Numbered from the stretch's first letter, positions 1-9,943 are shown. The stretch is 35,274 bases of DNA from a virus (IMGVR_UViG_3300033485_000051:1-35274); one strand, 5' to 3'. The notes: generated by a model from the sequence alone, not told the origin. Numbers and translations: made by a program.

Positions 1-127
1 TCCGACTCCATCTGTTCCTTCATCAATAGCACCTTTCATAATAGCAGATTGTCGGATATTAGTTGGCTCAAAGTTTGTGGCATCATTTATTGATCTTCTT
101 AATAATCCTACTGTTTTAAGTGGGACT
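1..127. repeat. 127-bp terminal direct repeat, copy 1 (assembly circularisation overlap)
   Basis: 1-127 (tccgactcc...aagtgggact) is identical to 35148-35274; it lies inside a coding region, and 127 is a common assembler k-mer size. Confidence 0.95.
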
Positions 128-1272
128 AGTTGTGGTATTAAATTACCTGCTTCATCTTCAATCGCTACACCTAATGCGATTGCTTTTTGTTTGGCTGCTT
201 TTAGTACATTTGCCACTTCTGCTTCTGGGGCTGATTCATTAAGATGTGATATAAAAGAATCAAGAGTTACTGGGGCTTCCATTTCTCCAGCTTTTTCTGC
301 CTCTTTATAAAGTGCGTTTACTTTGTTTTTATCATTTTTAAACATCTTTTGAATAGTACCGCTTACAATATTTCCAGCTTCTAAGTGGCTCTGTGTTTCT
401 GCCCCTGTTGCTTCAAGGAATTTATCAAAGTTCTGTGAAGTAGCGGCACGTTGTTCTGCAAATCGTTCCCGTATCGGTGCGCCTAACTCTGGCTGTTTTG
501 CTGTTTCTCTTTCAAACTGTTGTTCTTCAAACACACGAGTCTTTTGCCCTTTTGTAAGCTCGATAGGAACTGGTAAAGATTCAGCTTTAGCTGCTCTTTC
601 CTCTGATATTAAAATCTGTTCAGGTGTCATTTTTGCAGTTTGTTCTGGCTTTAGCTTGGTGGATACTTTTTGAACTATTGGGGCTACGGCTTGTTTAATT
701 GGTTGAGTCACTGGGGATAATACTTCTCCTGCCACTTTCGCAGCTTGTGGAATAGCTACTTTAGCCATTGGGGCAGATAATCTAGCGGCTTGTCCTGCCA
801 TTCCTAATTCTGCCGTTGCTGGGGTAAGTGCTGCGAGTGGTGCTAATACTTCACCTGCTGATTGCGTCATTGATTGACCAGTTGCAGTACGTGGGGCATA
901 CGTAAATTGTTGCGCTCCTTGTTCTGCTGATTGTGCTACTGCTTGAGCCGCTTGTTGTGTTCCATAGTTTCCTGATAGAATCTGGTCCGCTAATCCTCTA
1001 AGTGTACCTACTATATGACCAGCTGCTCCACCTGTTCCGCCAGTTAGTAATGCTAGTCCAGCTTCTCCAGCCCCTACTGCTTGTTCTGTTAGCGTAGGTT
1101 CTATTTTCTTTGGTAGTGTTTCAGCGACATGGCGAACTCCTTGTTCATCAGGGATGATTTCCCCACCAGCTCTAGCACGTTGTATAACTGCTGCTAATTG
1201 TCTAGCCCCCTCCATGTCACCTGCTTTATCGGCATTGAACAGTGCAGTTTCAAGTTGCTTTAGAGTTGCCAT
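1..1272 (-). CDS. Large DNA ejection/internal virion protein (P22 gp16 position), N-terminal 424 codons; continues across the junction to 34503 (638 aa total)
   Basis: Translated by hand from ATG at 1272 (MATLKQLETALFNADKAGD...) with no stop to base 1; ends ...SAIMKGAIDEGTDGVG, which matches the start of ORF 34503..35186; missing from the ORF track because it runs off the edge. Confidence 0.85.
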   Translation of the reverse strand, partial: MATLKQLETALFNADKAGDMEGARQLAAVIQRARAGGEIIPDEQGVRHVAETLPKKIEPTLTEQAVGAGEAGLALLTGGTGGAAGHIVGTLRGLADQILSGNYGTQQAAQAVAQSAEQGAQQFTYAPRTATGQSMTQSAGEVLAPLAALTPATAELGMAGQAARLSAPMAKVAIPQAAKVAGEVLSPVTQPIKQAVAPIVQKVSTKLKPEQTAKMTPEQILISEERAAKAESLPVPIELTKGQKTRVFEEQQFERETAKQPELGAPIRERFAEQRAATSQNFDKFLEATGAETQSHLEAGNIVSGTIQKMFKNDKNKVNALYKEAEKAGEMEAPVTLDSFISHLNESAPEAEVANVLKAAKQKAIALGVAIEDEAGNLIPQLVPLKTVGLLRRSINDATNFEPTNIRQSAIMKGAIDEGTDGVG

Positions 1273-1274
1273 TA

Positions 1275-2573
1275 TTAACCACCATACTTTTTAATCAGTG
1301 CGTCTATATTTTTAGGTGAAGTTGTAGCCTCTGGAGTATTTGGTACAGAATCAGGCACTCCGTATTTAGTACTTACATTTTTACGTGCTTTCATAATTAG
1401 GCGTTGCGCTTCTTTTACGTTTTGCATTAATCTTTCAGGTGATTGTCTTAAATTAAGATTCTGCAATGATGTGGAAAGCTTTGCCCCCTCTGCATCTGAT
1501 AGCGCACCAGTACCTTTCATACTTGGTATTTGTGCCATAAATGCTTGAGAGCCTAAAGTAGTTACAAGTTCTTCAAAGTCTGCTGTATCTCCACTTAGTG
1601 TTGGCATACGTGATGATACTGGACCAGTAGCAGATTTTATAGTATTCTTTGGAGTCTTTAAGATTCTATCTGCCGTATTTAAGAAATTATCCATTGATGA
1701 TCTTGCAGTTTCCACTGTTGCAGTTTTTTCCCTTACAGTATCATCACGCTTTTGCATCATATCTTGTACTTTTAGCCCAAGCTCTTGACGTTTAAGAGAG
1801 TTTGTTTCTCTACTTGTAGCTGCATTCATGGCTGCAATTTGAGAATTAATTTTAGCTATTTGTATATCAGATTGGATTTTCTTAATATCCCATCCTTTTT
1901 TCTCTAAATCTTTTACTGCGTCTGATTCTGCAAACTTTGCTTTTACTGCCGCTGTTTGTGCTACTGATGTAGCTTCTTTTCCTTTTCCAACTGCTTCTTC
2001 TAATTTAGCAGGGAATAACCCTTTTTCTCTTGTTTCTTTTCCTGCTGAACCTAAAGCATCTTGATAATCTTTAAACTCTTTTTGACCCATCATGTTAGAC
2101 AGCATAAACCCAGCGATACCAGTAGCAGTCTGTGGGTCTTGAGCAATTGTTTCTTGTATTTTCTTTAGCTTTGATGCGTCTTTCCCTGAGTTTTCAAGGG
2201 CTGTGATTTGTTCGCTAATAATACCATTTGCTATTTCTGGCTTCTTATTTAATAGGGCTGTATAAACTTGTCCTGTTGTTTGAAGTTCATTTGCTTTTTG
2301 AGGTGCGCTTAATGTTTCAAACGCTGTCTTGAGAGATGTAGCCTGAGATGGGTATTTAGCCTGTAATACTGCAAAAGACTCAGGTGTAGGATTATCAAAA
2401 GCTGATTTTAGTTCAGATGAATATTGTTGTTGTGCTAATAATGCTTGTTCTTTTAATGCTCTATTTTCTCTATCTTGCCTAATCTGTGCGCCAATATTAT
2501 ATCCTTGCCCAAATGATTGTGTTAAATCATTATTCTGAAATACTGATGAGTAATTTATTGGTTCTAGTGGCAT
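1275..2573 (-). CDS. DNA ejection/transfer protein (P22 gp20 position)
   Basis: 432 aa, helical, Q/A/K-rich; second of three ejection genes after the GNAT gene. Confidence 0.7.
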   Translation of the reverse strand: MPLEPINYSSVFQNNDLTQSFGQGYNIGAQIRQDRENRALKEQALLAQQQYSSELKSAFDNPTPESFAVLQAKYPSQATSLKTAFETLSAPQKANELQTTGQVYTALLNKKPEIANGIISEQITALENSGKDASKLKKIQETIAQDPQTATGIAGFMLSNMMGQKEFKDYQDALGSAGKETREKGLFPAKLEEAVGKGKEATSVAQTAAVKAKFAESDAVKDLEKKGWDIKKIQSDIQIAKINSQIAAMNAATSRETNSLKRQELGLKVQDMMQKRDDTVREKTATVETARSSMDNFLNTADRILKTPKNTIKSATGPVSSRMPTLSGDTADFEELVTTLGSQAFMAQIPSMKGTGALSDAEGAKLSTSLQNLNLRQSPERLMQNVKEAQRLIMKARKNVSTKYGVPDSVPNTPEATTSPKNIDALIKKYGG

Positions 2574-2586
2574 ATTTTATCCTTCA

Positions 2587-3216
2587 TTAAAAAAATCCAG
2601 CGCCAGCAGCGGCACCGCCTAAACTAGTAATATTTTTAAATGTTTGTCCAACAACTTGACCTTTTGCTAGTTGTCCCCCTGCTATTGCTGCCCCTTGTTG
2701 TCCAAGTAAATTTCCAATATTAGAAGCACTTCCTATCCCAGCCGATGCTTGCCCTGCTGCTGATGCTTGCCCAAGTTGAGATAATCCACCTAGCCTTCCG
2801 TATTGTTGATTAATTAAATCAGATAATATTTGTGGTCTATATTGAGCTAAAGCAGATTGAACATTACCACCTCTTAGCCCACCAGTAGCCGATGCGTTTT
2901 GTAAAATTGCATTTTCTCCTTGTTTAACCATTTCCAAATATTGTGGAGATTGTTCTAGCCCCATAATAGCTTGTTGTTGCACTCCTGCTCCACCTAAACC
3001 TATCAATGCTTGTTGTTGTCCAATAGCACTTTCCCCTGCACTAACATAAGGAGACATTAGTTCAATAAATTTATCAAACTGTCTACGCTGTTCCGCTATT
3101 CCTTGCTCTGCTGATGCTGCCTGCGTATATCCTGCTTGTTGTGCTGCTTCTCCAGCTTGTTTAGCTCCAGTAACACCACCTAAAGTATCACCTAAGAAAT
3201 TACCTACTGAACTCAT
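2587..3216 (-). CDS. DNA transfer/pilot protein (P22 gp7-like)
   Basis: G/A/Q-rich 209 aa with the family motif GENAILQNASATGGLRGGN. Confidence 0.85.
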   Translation of the reverse strand: MSSVGNFLGDTLGGVTGAKQAGEAAQQAGYTQAASAEQGIAEQRRQFDKFIELMSPYVSAGESAIGQQQALIGLGGAGVQQQAIMGLEQSPQYLEMVKQGENAILQNASATGGLRGGNVQSALAQYRPQILSDLINQQYGRLGGLSQLGQASAAGQASAGIGSASNIGNLLGQQGAAIAGGQLAKGQVVGQTFKNITSLGGAAAGAGFF

Positions 3217-3677
3217 TTAAAATCCTTCCATTTAGTTTTTGTTATCCCATATATATGCATATCTGTCACAATTTCTTTTTTAATGATAGCATCTTTTTTA
3301 ATTCCCTCTTTGACAAAGCCTATCTTCTCTAAGAAGTTCATTGTTGATTTTAGATTCCCTTGCACTGGGGCTGTAATTCTTAGTATATCTTGATCTCCAA
3401 ACATCTCTTCGATAATAAGTTTCCCCACTTCTCTTGAGTATGGAATGGACTCTTTTTTTAATAGTGAGTGCATTTCTATTTCATATTTATTATATCTTAC
3501 ACATAGGATTAAACCTAAAAAAGTATTATTATGCCATGCTGAGTAATATTTTGCTAAATGGTGATCTATATATGAAGGAGTAGAGGAGTCATATTCAATA
3601 CATGAAATAATATATTTATCGCTATATGTTTCTTCTATCATTGAAGAAGTAACATTATCAGATATAAAAACGTCCAT
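3213..3677 (-). CDS. GNAT-fold protein (P22 gp14 position)
   Basis: RimJ-type C-terminus (FLEKIGFVKEG...DMHIYGIT); sits just before the pilot gene as in P22-like phages. Confidence 0.75.
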   Translation of the reverse strand: MDVFISDNVTSSMIEETYSDKYIISCIEYDSSTPSYIDHHLAKYYSAWHNNTFLGLILCVRYNKYEIEMHSLLKKESIPYSREVGKLIIEEMFGDQDILRITAPVQGNLKSTMNFLEKIGFVKEGIKKDAIIKKEIVTDMHIYGITKTKWKDFK

Positions 3678-3735
3678 ACAATTCCTTTATTTGGAACTGC
3701 TGGAAGTTCAATTATCTCAGCTTTTAATTAGCAAC

Positions 3736-3744
3736 ATTATAACA
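3736..3744 (-). promoter_or_regulatory. Extended -10 promoter for the GNAT/ejection genes
   Basis: Minus strand TGtTATAAT in the intergenic gap; AAGGA SD before ATG 3677. Confidence 0.55.
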
Positions 3745-3751
3745 TATTAAA

Positions 3752-4564
3752 TTATGCGGTTTCTAAATGACCTTGAAATTTCATATCAAATGAATTAAGA
3801 GTAGTGATATTATCTTGAATATAAATTTCTATTCTATCACCAAGTGTACCATCTAATCTAATAACTGCACCAGCGTTTGTAAATGTTCCTCTTCCTCTTG
3901 TGCCATATACTCCCGCCCCTCCAGATCTAGCATCAAAACTAATGTCGTATATATCTTCTGCTATATCAGCGTTTGTTTTCCAATTTGTGAATGTGCCATA
4001 TTGTCCGTTTACTTTTGCTCTAAGTATCACTCCATTTGTTAAGGCAGGTAGATTTCCAAATAACCCTAAATCGCCTGCCGTTCCATGTACCATAGAAAAT
4101 AACAATCTTGTGATGTGCCAAACTTCTCCAGTGGGAGGCCCAAAAACATATTCTTGCGGTGAAGCTAACGTACCTACTAATATAGACATATCAATGATTG
4201 CTTTTCTAACCTCATCACCGATTGAGTGTGCTTTATCTAGTCGTCTATCAAGCGTGAATGTTGCTGCACCTGTTGCCGCTGTCGTAGCTAATAATCTTGG
4301 GTGTGTTGTTTCTACCGATGTGGTATTGATATGTAGATAATCGCCAACAGTGAAACCAGTTGCGTCTGCTACTTGGATTTGGTATACAGAACCATCGCCT
4401 AAAATAGCAGCTGTTAAGGTAGTTGCAATGGCTGTATGTTGATGGGCGAAGTCGTTTATGACGCTATTATGTACATCAGCATCATGTATATTTAAAGCCC
4501 CATTCAGTGACCCGATTGGGTTACCGACTCCATCACATAAATATGTTTTTCTTAATTCGCTCAT
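3752..4564 (-). CDS. Putative virion structural protein
   Basis: 270 aa, beta-rich and T/G-rich (IQVADATGFTVGDYL), coupled within the tail operon. Confidence 0.5.
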   Translation of the reverse strand: MSELRKTYLCDGVGNPIGSLNGALNIHDADVHNSVINDFAHQHTAIATTLTAAILGDGSVYQIQVADATGFTVGDYLHINTTSVETTHPRLLATTAATGAATFTLDRRLDKAHSIGDEVRKAIIDMSILVGTLASPQEYVFGPPTGEVWHITRLLFSMVHGTAGDLGLFGNLPALTNGVILRAKVNGQYGTFTNWKTNADIAEDIYDISFDARSGGAGVYGTRGRGTFTNAGAVIRLDGTLGDRIEIYIQDNITTLNSFDMKFQGHLETA

Positions 4565-4565
4565 G

Positions 4566-5111
4566 TTATGCTCCTAAGTACCAATTTATTCCATCTGTAA
4601 TGAAGTTCAATACTTCGCCATCTACATCTAAAAACTGCGATGTTTCACCTACTACTAACTCAGCCCCAAATGGAAGTATATTAACTTTATTGGCTGTTAC
4701 ATCTTTTTTTGTTACGCCTATCTTATAAGACCTATTGTTTATAAATGAGAGTGTAGGGGATGGAAGTGTAATATTAATAACTCCAGCCGTAGCGTCAGCG
4801 ATAATAATTTGATTTTTAGCAGTTAAACTCAAACTTGATGATGTGCTAATAACTTCATCTTTTGAGTAATCGAATATAGCCTGATCTAATATCTTATCTG
4901 CATTAAATAAAGTATTCGCAATATTAATATAATGAGCCGTTGATTCTGGTGTGTATGTTCCATTGGTATTCAGTCCAGCTGATTTAATCACTATATTTAA
5001 TAGCTGTTCTAATGATGTGGCGCTTCCGAATAACTGTTCAAATTGAACTATTGATTCATGATCTGGGAGAAATTTTTTAAGCTGTTCTCTGCTAGGAACT
5101 TTTAAACCCAT
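4566..5111 (-). CDS. Tail needle-like protein (P22 gp26 position)
   Basis: Follows the gp10-like gene; helical N-terminus SREQLKKFLPDHESIVQFEQLF and a beta C-terminal domain (IIADATAGVINITLP). Confidence 0.5.
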   Translation of the reverse strand: MGLKVPSREQLKKFLPDHESIVQFEQLFGSATSLEQLLNIVIKSAGLNTNGTYTPESTAHYINIANTLFNADKILDQAIFDYSKDEVISTSSSLSLTAKNQIIIADATAGVINITLPSPTLSFINNRSYKIGVTKKDVTANKVNILPFGAELVVGETSQFLDVDGEVLNFITDGINWYLGA

Positions 5112-6511
5112 TATACGCTCAATGGCTCTAATCGAGCCTCTAGTCTAGCAATAGATATATGAGCATCGCTAGTGCCTCTAAAGCGTTGCATACGTAGTTG
5201 TTGCATCATCCCTTGACTAAACCATACTATACGTTTATTTCTATCGCCTTGCTTTCCTACTTTTATAAATCTTTCATTACTCCATACTAAACCATCGGTT
5301 GAATATTGAGTGTAGATAGTAGGGTCTTTGCCAAGTGCAACTCTACCAGTTAGGCTTACTAATTCAAGCTCATGGAAGATTGCCCCTCTGCCTTCATTAT
5401 AAATAATAGACGTTCCAAAATCCCATCCGTTAATGTTCCCATAATGGGAAGATATGTTATCATCAAAATATCCATGTGATGTTGTCGTAGGGTCTCCGCA
5501 TAGCCATCGGTTATAACACCAAATAATATTTTTCGCTCTATATTGCCCTCTACCAACTATGCTTGTAGTCAAAGTAAACCATATTTTCTGCCCTGATAAT
5601 TGAGAAGTATTATGGTCATAAGCTAATGTTTGATCTGGTAGATGAACTAATAAATACTGATTTCCCTTATTAGTTACTACTTCTAAAATAACATCTGCTA
5701 ATTGTAGTTCTGTATAGTCTAATAAAATTTGATCTATTTCATCAGTTGCTATTCTAGATGCTGTTGCATTAGCCCCAATATATATTGATGGGGTTTCATT
5801 TCTAGCACTACCTAAAAATGCGATCATATCTGAGATAATACAAGCTCCTCTTGTGCCTATAATCCCTTTTTGTATTTGTGCGCCTGAGATACGAGCAAAA
5901 GGAAAATTAACTCCACCTACGTTATCAAATACCTCAATAGTATATCTATTCATAGCATATACTTCATTACGTACTTTTAATAATCCGTTTACTGGGTCTG
6001 GGTCTGCTTCAGAGCTTCCATATTTAAGCGGGTTAATGCTCATTGGGTCGTTAAGTTCTGTTACAATAAGATTCACTCCATCGGTAGACATAAAGTAACC
6101 ATCTACCCAAACAACGTCTTTACATACCCCTAAGTCTGGGTCAGCAACAAGCTCAAATATAGTTCCATTCCAATAATATAGACTGCCTGATGATACTATG
6201 GCTAAACGGTCAAATGAATAGTCAAATGTAACCGAGCCAGTACCGCCAACATCACCAATAATTGTATAAACACCTGCGCTATCTATGCTTAATAGTTTAG
6301 TACCCATGACACGATAGTAAACACCATTCCAGTTAATAGCACCTCTATCAATCCCAGTTCCTACCCCAAACTCTACGATACCATACGCAGGGCGCAAATA
6401 TCCTTGAGATATTCCTTGATCTTTAGGAATAGGGATAAGATTACGAGGATATGATGTTCTAAAGTCTGGGGAGTTATCAGAATAAATCCCAGAAAGAATA
6501 GGAATTTGCAT
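5111..6511 (-). CDS. Packaged DNA stabilisation protein / tail hub (P22 gp10-like)
   Basis: 466 aa; motifs DVVWVDGYF, YGSSEADPD and YSTDGLVWS; size and synteny match gp10. Confidence 0.9.
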   Translation of the reverse strand: MQIPILSGIYSDNSPDFRTSYPRNLIPIPKDQGISQGYLRPAYGIVEFGVGTGIDRGAINWNGVYYRVMGTKLLSIDSAGVYTIIGDVGGTGSVTFDYSFDRLAIVSSGSLYYWNGTIFELVADPDLGVCKDVVWVDGYFMSTDGVNLIVTELNDPMSINPLKYGSSEADPDPVNGLLKVRNEVYAMNRYTIEVFDNVGGVNFPFARISGAQIQKGIIGTRGACIISDMIAFLGSARNETPSIYIGANATASRIATDEIDQILLDYTELQLADVILEVVTNKGNQYLLVHLPDQTLAYDHNTSQLSGQKIWFTLTTSIVGRGQYRAKNIIWCYNRWLCGDPTTTSHGYFDDNISSHYGNINGWDFGTSIIYNEGRGAIFHELELVSLTGRVALGKDPTIYTQYSTDGLVWSNERFIKVGKQGDRNKRIVWFSQGMMQQLRMQRFRGTSDAHISIARLEARLEPLSV

Positions 6512-6966
6512 TAGCCGATTCTATACCATGTGGTCATTACAGCGTCATACTTAATTGTAAAGTAACCATTCTGTGCTAAAGATGCAGGAATTCCAAGAGA
6601 AGTAGCACCATTCCCACTTACTGTTAATGCCGTAACTGCTTGAGTGGTAAATACCGTAATCTCTTGCTTATCAACTAAGTTTGCAATAGCAGGTAAAACA
6701 AGCGTACCAGCTGCAAAAGCGCCAGTAGGAGAAAGAACAAGCCAAACACTACTAGAGCTATCAGTTACTTGTACACTAAACCCAGTAGCAACAGGTGAAG
6801 AGTATTGAGTAATCTTATCACTTGACGTAGTAGTTGGAATTAGCAACGCCTTTAAAGCAGTAAGAGATATTTTTCTTGAATCTCCATTAGCAGTAGACCA
6901 AATAGCAAGTAAATCACTTAATGATGGCGAACTCTCTGTTGATAGTTGATTGATAGTTGAACCCAT
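6511..6966 (-). CDS. Putative tail/virion accessory protein
   Basis: 151 aa, S/T-rich beta protein ending TWYRIG, between the gp4-like and gp10-like genes. Confidence 0.55.
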   Translation of the reverse strand: MGSTINQLSTESSPSLSDLLAIWSTANGDSRKISLTALKALLIPTTTSSDKITQYSSPVATGFSVQVTDSSSSVWLVLSPTGAFAAGTLVLPAIANLVDKQEITVFTTQAVTALTVSGNGATSLGIPASLAQNGYFTIKYDAVMTTWYRIG

Positions 6967-6975
6967 GTTATTCCT

Positions 6976-7446
6976 TTAGTGTAGTATTAATTCCCCATCT
7001 TGCCCTACTAGAAGAGGGTCAGATGAAGGACTTAAATATGGTCGTTCTGGCGTTTTGTATCCTGCACCTGCTGGAATACTATTGTTAAACTGTGCCTGTT
7101 CTGGCATTGTAGCTAAAGAAAGCAAACTATGATAAGCTTGATATGCTACTTGTTTAGTTTCCATAGATACAGTTTTACCGTATGAAGGAGCAAGGCGTAG
7201 TGCAAGATTCAGATAAATAGCTTCATTCGCTGAATCAGGAACTGTTGTATCCGTATCGAGAGAAGATAGCTGTGGACTAGAAGGCAACGGATAGCTAAGA
7301 CGTAGCTTAGAGTTCCATGTAGCCATCATAGCGTCTAATTTGCGTAATCCTGCATCTAATTGTTCTGGCTGCAAATCATAATCGTATGAAGCCAACCCTA
7401 ACTCTTCAAATGCTGATGTAACAAATTGTCGCTTAGTCCAAGACAT
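6976..7446 (-). CDS. Head-tail adaptor (P22 gp4-like)
   Basis: Motifs GLRKLDAMMATW and AIYLNLALRLAPSYG; 156 aa. Confidence 0.85.
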   Translation of the reverse strand: MSWTKRQFVTSAFEELGLASYDYDLQPEQLDAGLRKLDAMMATWNSKLRLSYPLPSSPQLSSLDTDTTVPDSANEAIYLNLALRLAPSYGKTVSMETKQVAYQAYHSLLSLATMPEQAQFNNSIPAGAGYKTPERPYLSPSSDPLLVGQDGELILH

Positions 7447-7447
7447 A

Positions 7448-7717
7448 TTATTCTCCTAACTTCTCTTCGATTTTTGCAAGAAGATTTTTGTCGCTCATTC
7501 TGCCATCAAACTTAATTCCAAGCTCTTTAGCTTTAAATTCAATCTCTTCACGAGCAACATCGCCATCATCGTTTAAATCTACTTTTTTAGCTTCGGTAGT
7601 TGTAAGATACCAACCTTCTGCAAGTTTATCCTCTACTTCTTCTTCACTTACGACGGCATACTCATATTTAGTTCCTTCGATCTCGATATGATTGCCAAGT
7701 TTATAAAGCATTACCAT
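7448..7717 (-). CDS. Small acidic head-associated protein
   Basis: 89 aa ending in a helix-extension-helix-like motif (KAKELGIKFDGRMSDKNLLAKIEE); follows the coat genes. Confidence 0.65.
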   Translation of the reverse strand: MVMLYKLGNHIEIEGTKYEYAVVSEEEVEDKLAEGWYLTTTEAKKVDLNDDGDVAREEIEFKAKELGIKFDGRMSDKNLLAKIEEKLGE

Positions 7718-7857
7718 TATTTTTTCGCCTTTTCTTTAGCTTTACGTGCTGTACTTAAAGCAATAGCAACTGCTTGTTTTTGATGTTTACCACTTGCCAT
7801 TTCAGCCTTAATATTCTTACTAACTGTTTTTGGACTATACCCTTTTTTTAGTGGCAT
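7717..7857 (-). CDS. Small basic protein (MPLKKG...KQAVAIAL family)
   Basis: Hand-translated 46 aa MPLKKGYSPKTVSKNIKAEMASGKHQKQAVAIALSTARKAKEKAKK; AAGGA SD; TAATG overlap with the next gene. Confidence 0.8.
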   Translation of the reverse strand: MPLKKGYSPKTVSKNIKAEMASGKHQKQAVAIALSTARKAKEKAKK

Positions 7858-7860
7858 AAA

Positions 7861-7947
7861 TTATCCTTTTTTCTTTTTTGGTTTCATAACTGCTATTACA
7901 ACAGCAACTTTGCCCTTGCCCTTACCATTATCGTTTTTACATGACAT
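7861..7947 (-). CDS. 28-aa basic microprotein
   Basis: MSCKNDNGKGKGKVAVVIAVMKPKKKKG; AAGGGG SD; stop lies 3 nt before the next start. Confidence 0.6.
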   Translation of the reverse strand: MSCKNDNGKGKGKVAVVIAVMKPKKKKG

Positions 7948-8021
7948 ATTATACCCCTTTTTTGAATACTGTTATGCACTTCTTTAAATGCACAAAAGTA
8001 GTCAAGGGCTGAAGCCCAAGA

Positions 8022-8621
8022 TTATCCTACTCGGATAAGATCGAATGTTGTAGCCGCAGTCTTTGTTAGAAGATATTGACCGCCAAGTGCTGTTATAGCT
8101 CCACTACCTACAAGCGTTACGTCTACGCCTCCAGCAAGTGTTGATGTATTAGTAGCATGGTTTGAGGCATGATAAATTTTAACTGATTCACCGATTGCAA
8201 GATCAGGAAACGCAGCAGCCGTTAATGTTCCAGTTAGAGTTGTCATAGTAACAACACCTCCACTTGCATCTTGATAAATACAAAGCCCTTGCATTTGAGC
8301 AGCTGTAAGAGTTGCCGCATTAGTTACTGTACTTCGTGTTATTGCTAACTTTTCATCTGATACAGTTGGAGTAAGACCGATAGTATAGTAAATATCAGAA
8401 TCTACCGCATCAATACGAATATGACGTTCATTAGCAAAAGCTCCTAAAACTGTTTCAGTATTTGTAATACGTGTTTGTTCATAAAAACGTTCAGGATAAT
8501 TAGCTAATGGATATGTTGAATAAAAAACAATAGCTGTTCCATTAGTAGCCTGAATAGCAACTTTTTGACCAGTTGTTAAAGTGATAGTTTTTGACCCATC
8601 TTTGAAAATTTTAGTAGCCAT
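8022..8621 (-). CDS. Putative capsid decoration/minor virion protein
   Basis: 199 aa, T-rich, directly after the coat gene, AAGGAG SD. Confidence 0.55.
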   Translation of the reverse strand: MATKIFKDGSKTITLTTGQKVAIQATNGTAIVFYSTYPLANYPERFYEQTRITNTETVLGAFANERHIRIDAVDSDIYYTIGLTPTVSDEKLAITRSTVTNAATLTAAQMQGLCIYQDASGGVVTMTTLTGTLTAAAFPDLAIGESVKIYHASNHATNTSTLAGGVDVTLVGSGAITALGGQYLLTKTAATTFDLIRVG

Positions 8622-8640
8622 TATAGCTCCTTATAAGATA

Positions 8641-8656
8641 GCCCCTAAAGAGGGGC
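8641..8656 (-). terminator. Hairpin after the coat gene
   Basis: GCCCCT-cttt-AGGGGC just after the coat stop; weak U-tract. Confidence 0.5.
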
Positions 8657-8661
8657 AGTGA

Positions 8662-9930
8662 TTACGCTTGACCGAAGAGGATGATACCAGACATTTCAGG
8701 TTGCTTATTAACAACACCGAACAATGTATCCCAACGATATTTGGTTTTCATTGTGTTAATGTCATAGAATTTCTGCATAACGATTTCGATTCCGTTATCA
8801 GTTGTAGCACGCATCACCGCAGTACCAGCATCGGTTGGAACAGCATAACGACCAGGGAGAATTTCCATTGCATCTTTCTGCCAGAATGGGTTAACGCTTG
8901 CAGTTGTTGTATTCAAGAAAGTGATAGCCGCACCATTTGCAGGAGTAGCAGTAACATTCTTGTATGCAAGTTCAGCATCTGTTGCGCCTTGAGCTGAAAT
9001 GATTGGAGGGCTGATTGTAACAACACCTGTTCCACCTGCTCCACTTACGATACCAGTAATACGGAAAGTCTTAAGTTGTCCAGTATCTCCCTTGGTAATA
9101 TGATGAACCGCATTAACACCAAGAACAGTGAAACAATCCCCAACTTTAACAGTACCAGATGTAACACCGATAGAAATGTTTTGGTAACGATTATCTACGT
9201 TAGATACTTCACCAGTTGAAGCAGTGCTTGTAGCTTTTGGAGTGTAATACTGATCGGCAGCAGCAATAGTAACTGTAACACCAGCAGCAGCAGTCAAGCT
9301 ATTTGCATAGTCAAGCTTAAATGATTCAAAAGATGCGATTTGTCCAATGTATGCTTTTTCGTAAGCAGTCAAAGGTTTACCAGTCATTGTAGAACGGTTT
9401 GCTAAGTCTTTAGCCATACCATTATAATCACGAGTTGAAAGTGCAAGGTAACGATCATAAGAGTTTACACCCTGCTCATTCATAATTGCTTCAATTTGAG
9501 CAACATCATCAAAGCCAGCAGCGGCAAGAGTACGCTTAACAACAAGAGTTCCTTGATTAGCGGCAACAGTCATAAGAGCAAGATTTACATCACTCGCAAG
9601 TTTTTGTGCAGCAGCTTGGCCCAAACGGTTCTCTTGCAACATATCACGCAATTGTTTAGCATCTAGTACAGCAGTTGAGTGCTTACTAAACCCAAGTGAC
9701 GCAGGAACTGAAAGTTGTGTAGCATCATCAAAGTTAGATGTAGCATCCATACCATCGTGTGATTGTGCAACGTAAGGCTGTGGACGCCAGATTGTATCTC
9801 CTGAACGCTCCATTGAGCTTCCATCGGTATTATATTTAGAAACATTGTTTGACAATACTAGCGCATCGTTAAACCCTTCCAACACTGCTTCAAATGCAAC
9901 TCTTTCTTCTTTACTAAAAGCATTAGCCAT
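8662..9930 (-). CDS. Major capsid protein, P22 coat family
   Basis: 422 aa; MANAFSKEERVAFE, IWRPQPY and KYRWDTLFGV motifs; follows the scaffold gene. Confidence 0.93.
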   Translation of the reverse strand: MANAFSKEERVAFEAVLEGFNDALVLSNNVSKYNTDGSSMERSGDTIWRPQPYVAQSHDGMDATSNFDDATQLSVPASLGFSKHSTAVLDAKQLRDMLQENRLGQAAAQKLASDVNLALMTVAANQGTLVVKRTLAAAGFDDVAQIEAIMNEQGVNSYDRYLALSTRDYNGMAKDLANRSTMTGKPLTAYEKAYIGQIASFESFKLDYANSLTAAAGVTVTIAAADQYYTPKATSTASTGEVSNVDNRYQNISIGVTSGTVKVGDCFTVLGVNAVHHITKGDTGQLKTFRITGIVSGAGGTGVVTISPPIISAQGATDAELAYKNVTATPANGAAITFLNTTTASVNPFWQKDAMEILPGRYAVPTDAGTAVMRATTDNGIEIVMQKFYDINTMKTKYRWDTLFGVVNKQPEMSGIILFGQA

Positions 9931-9943
9931 AGTTTATCCTTAT

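Noticed and set aside
1-127. Biological terminal repeats of the virion DNA
   Set aside because: The length matches a common assembler k-mer and the repeat falls mid-gene, so an assembly overlap is the simpler explanation.
3900-4340. Antisense ORFs in the track (e.g. 77..310, 3900..4340, 8668..8997, 20765..21073, 25107..25397, 27557..27778)
   Set aside because: They are shadows of well-supported genes on the opposite strand, with no recognisable motifs.
6966-6978. Programmed readthrough at in-frame TAA-N9-ATG junctions (also 32941/32931)
   Set aside because: The spacing is explained by an SD overlapping the stop codon, and in-frame placement occurs by chance one time in three.
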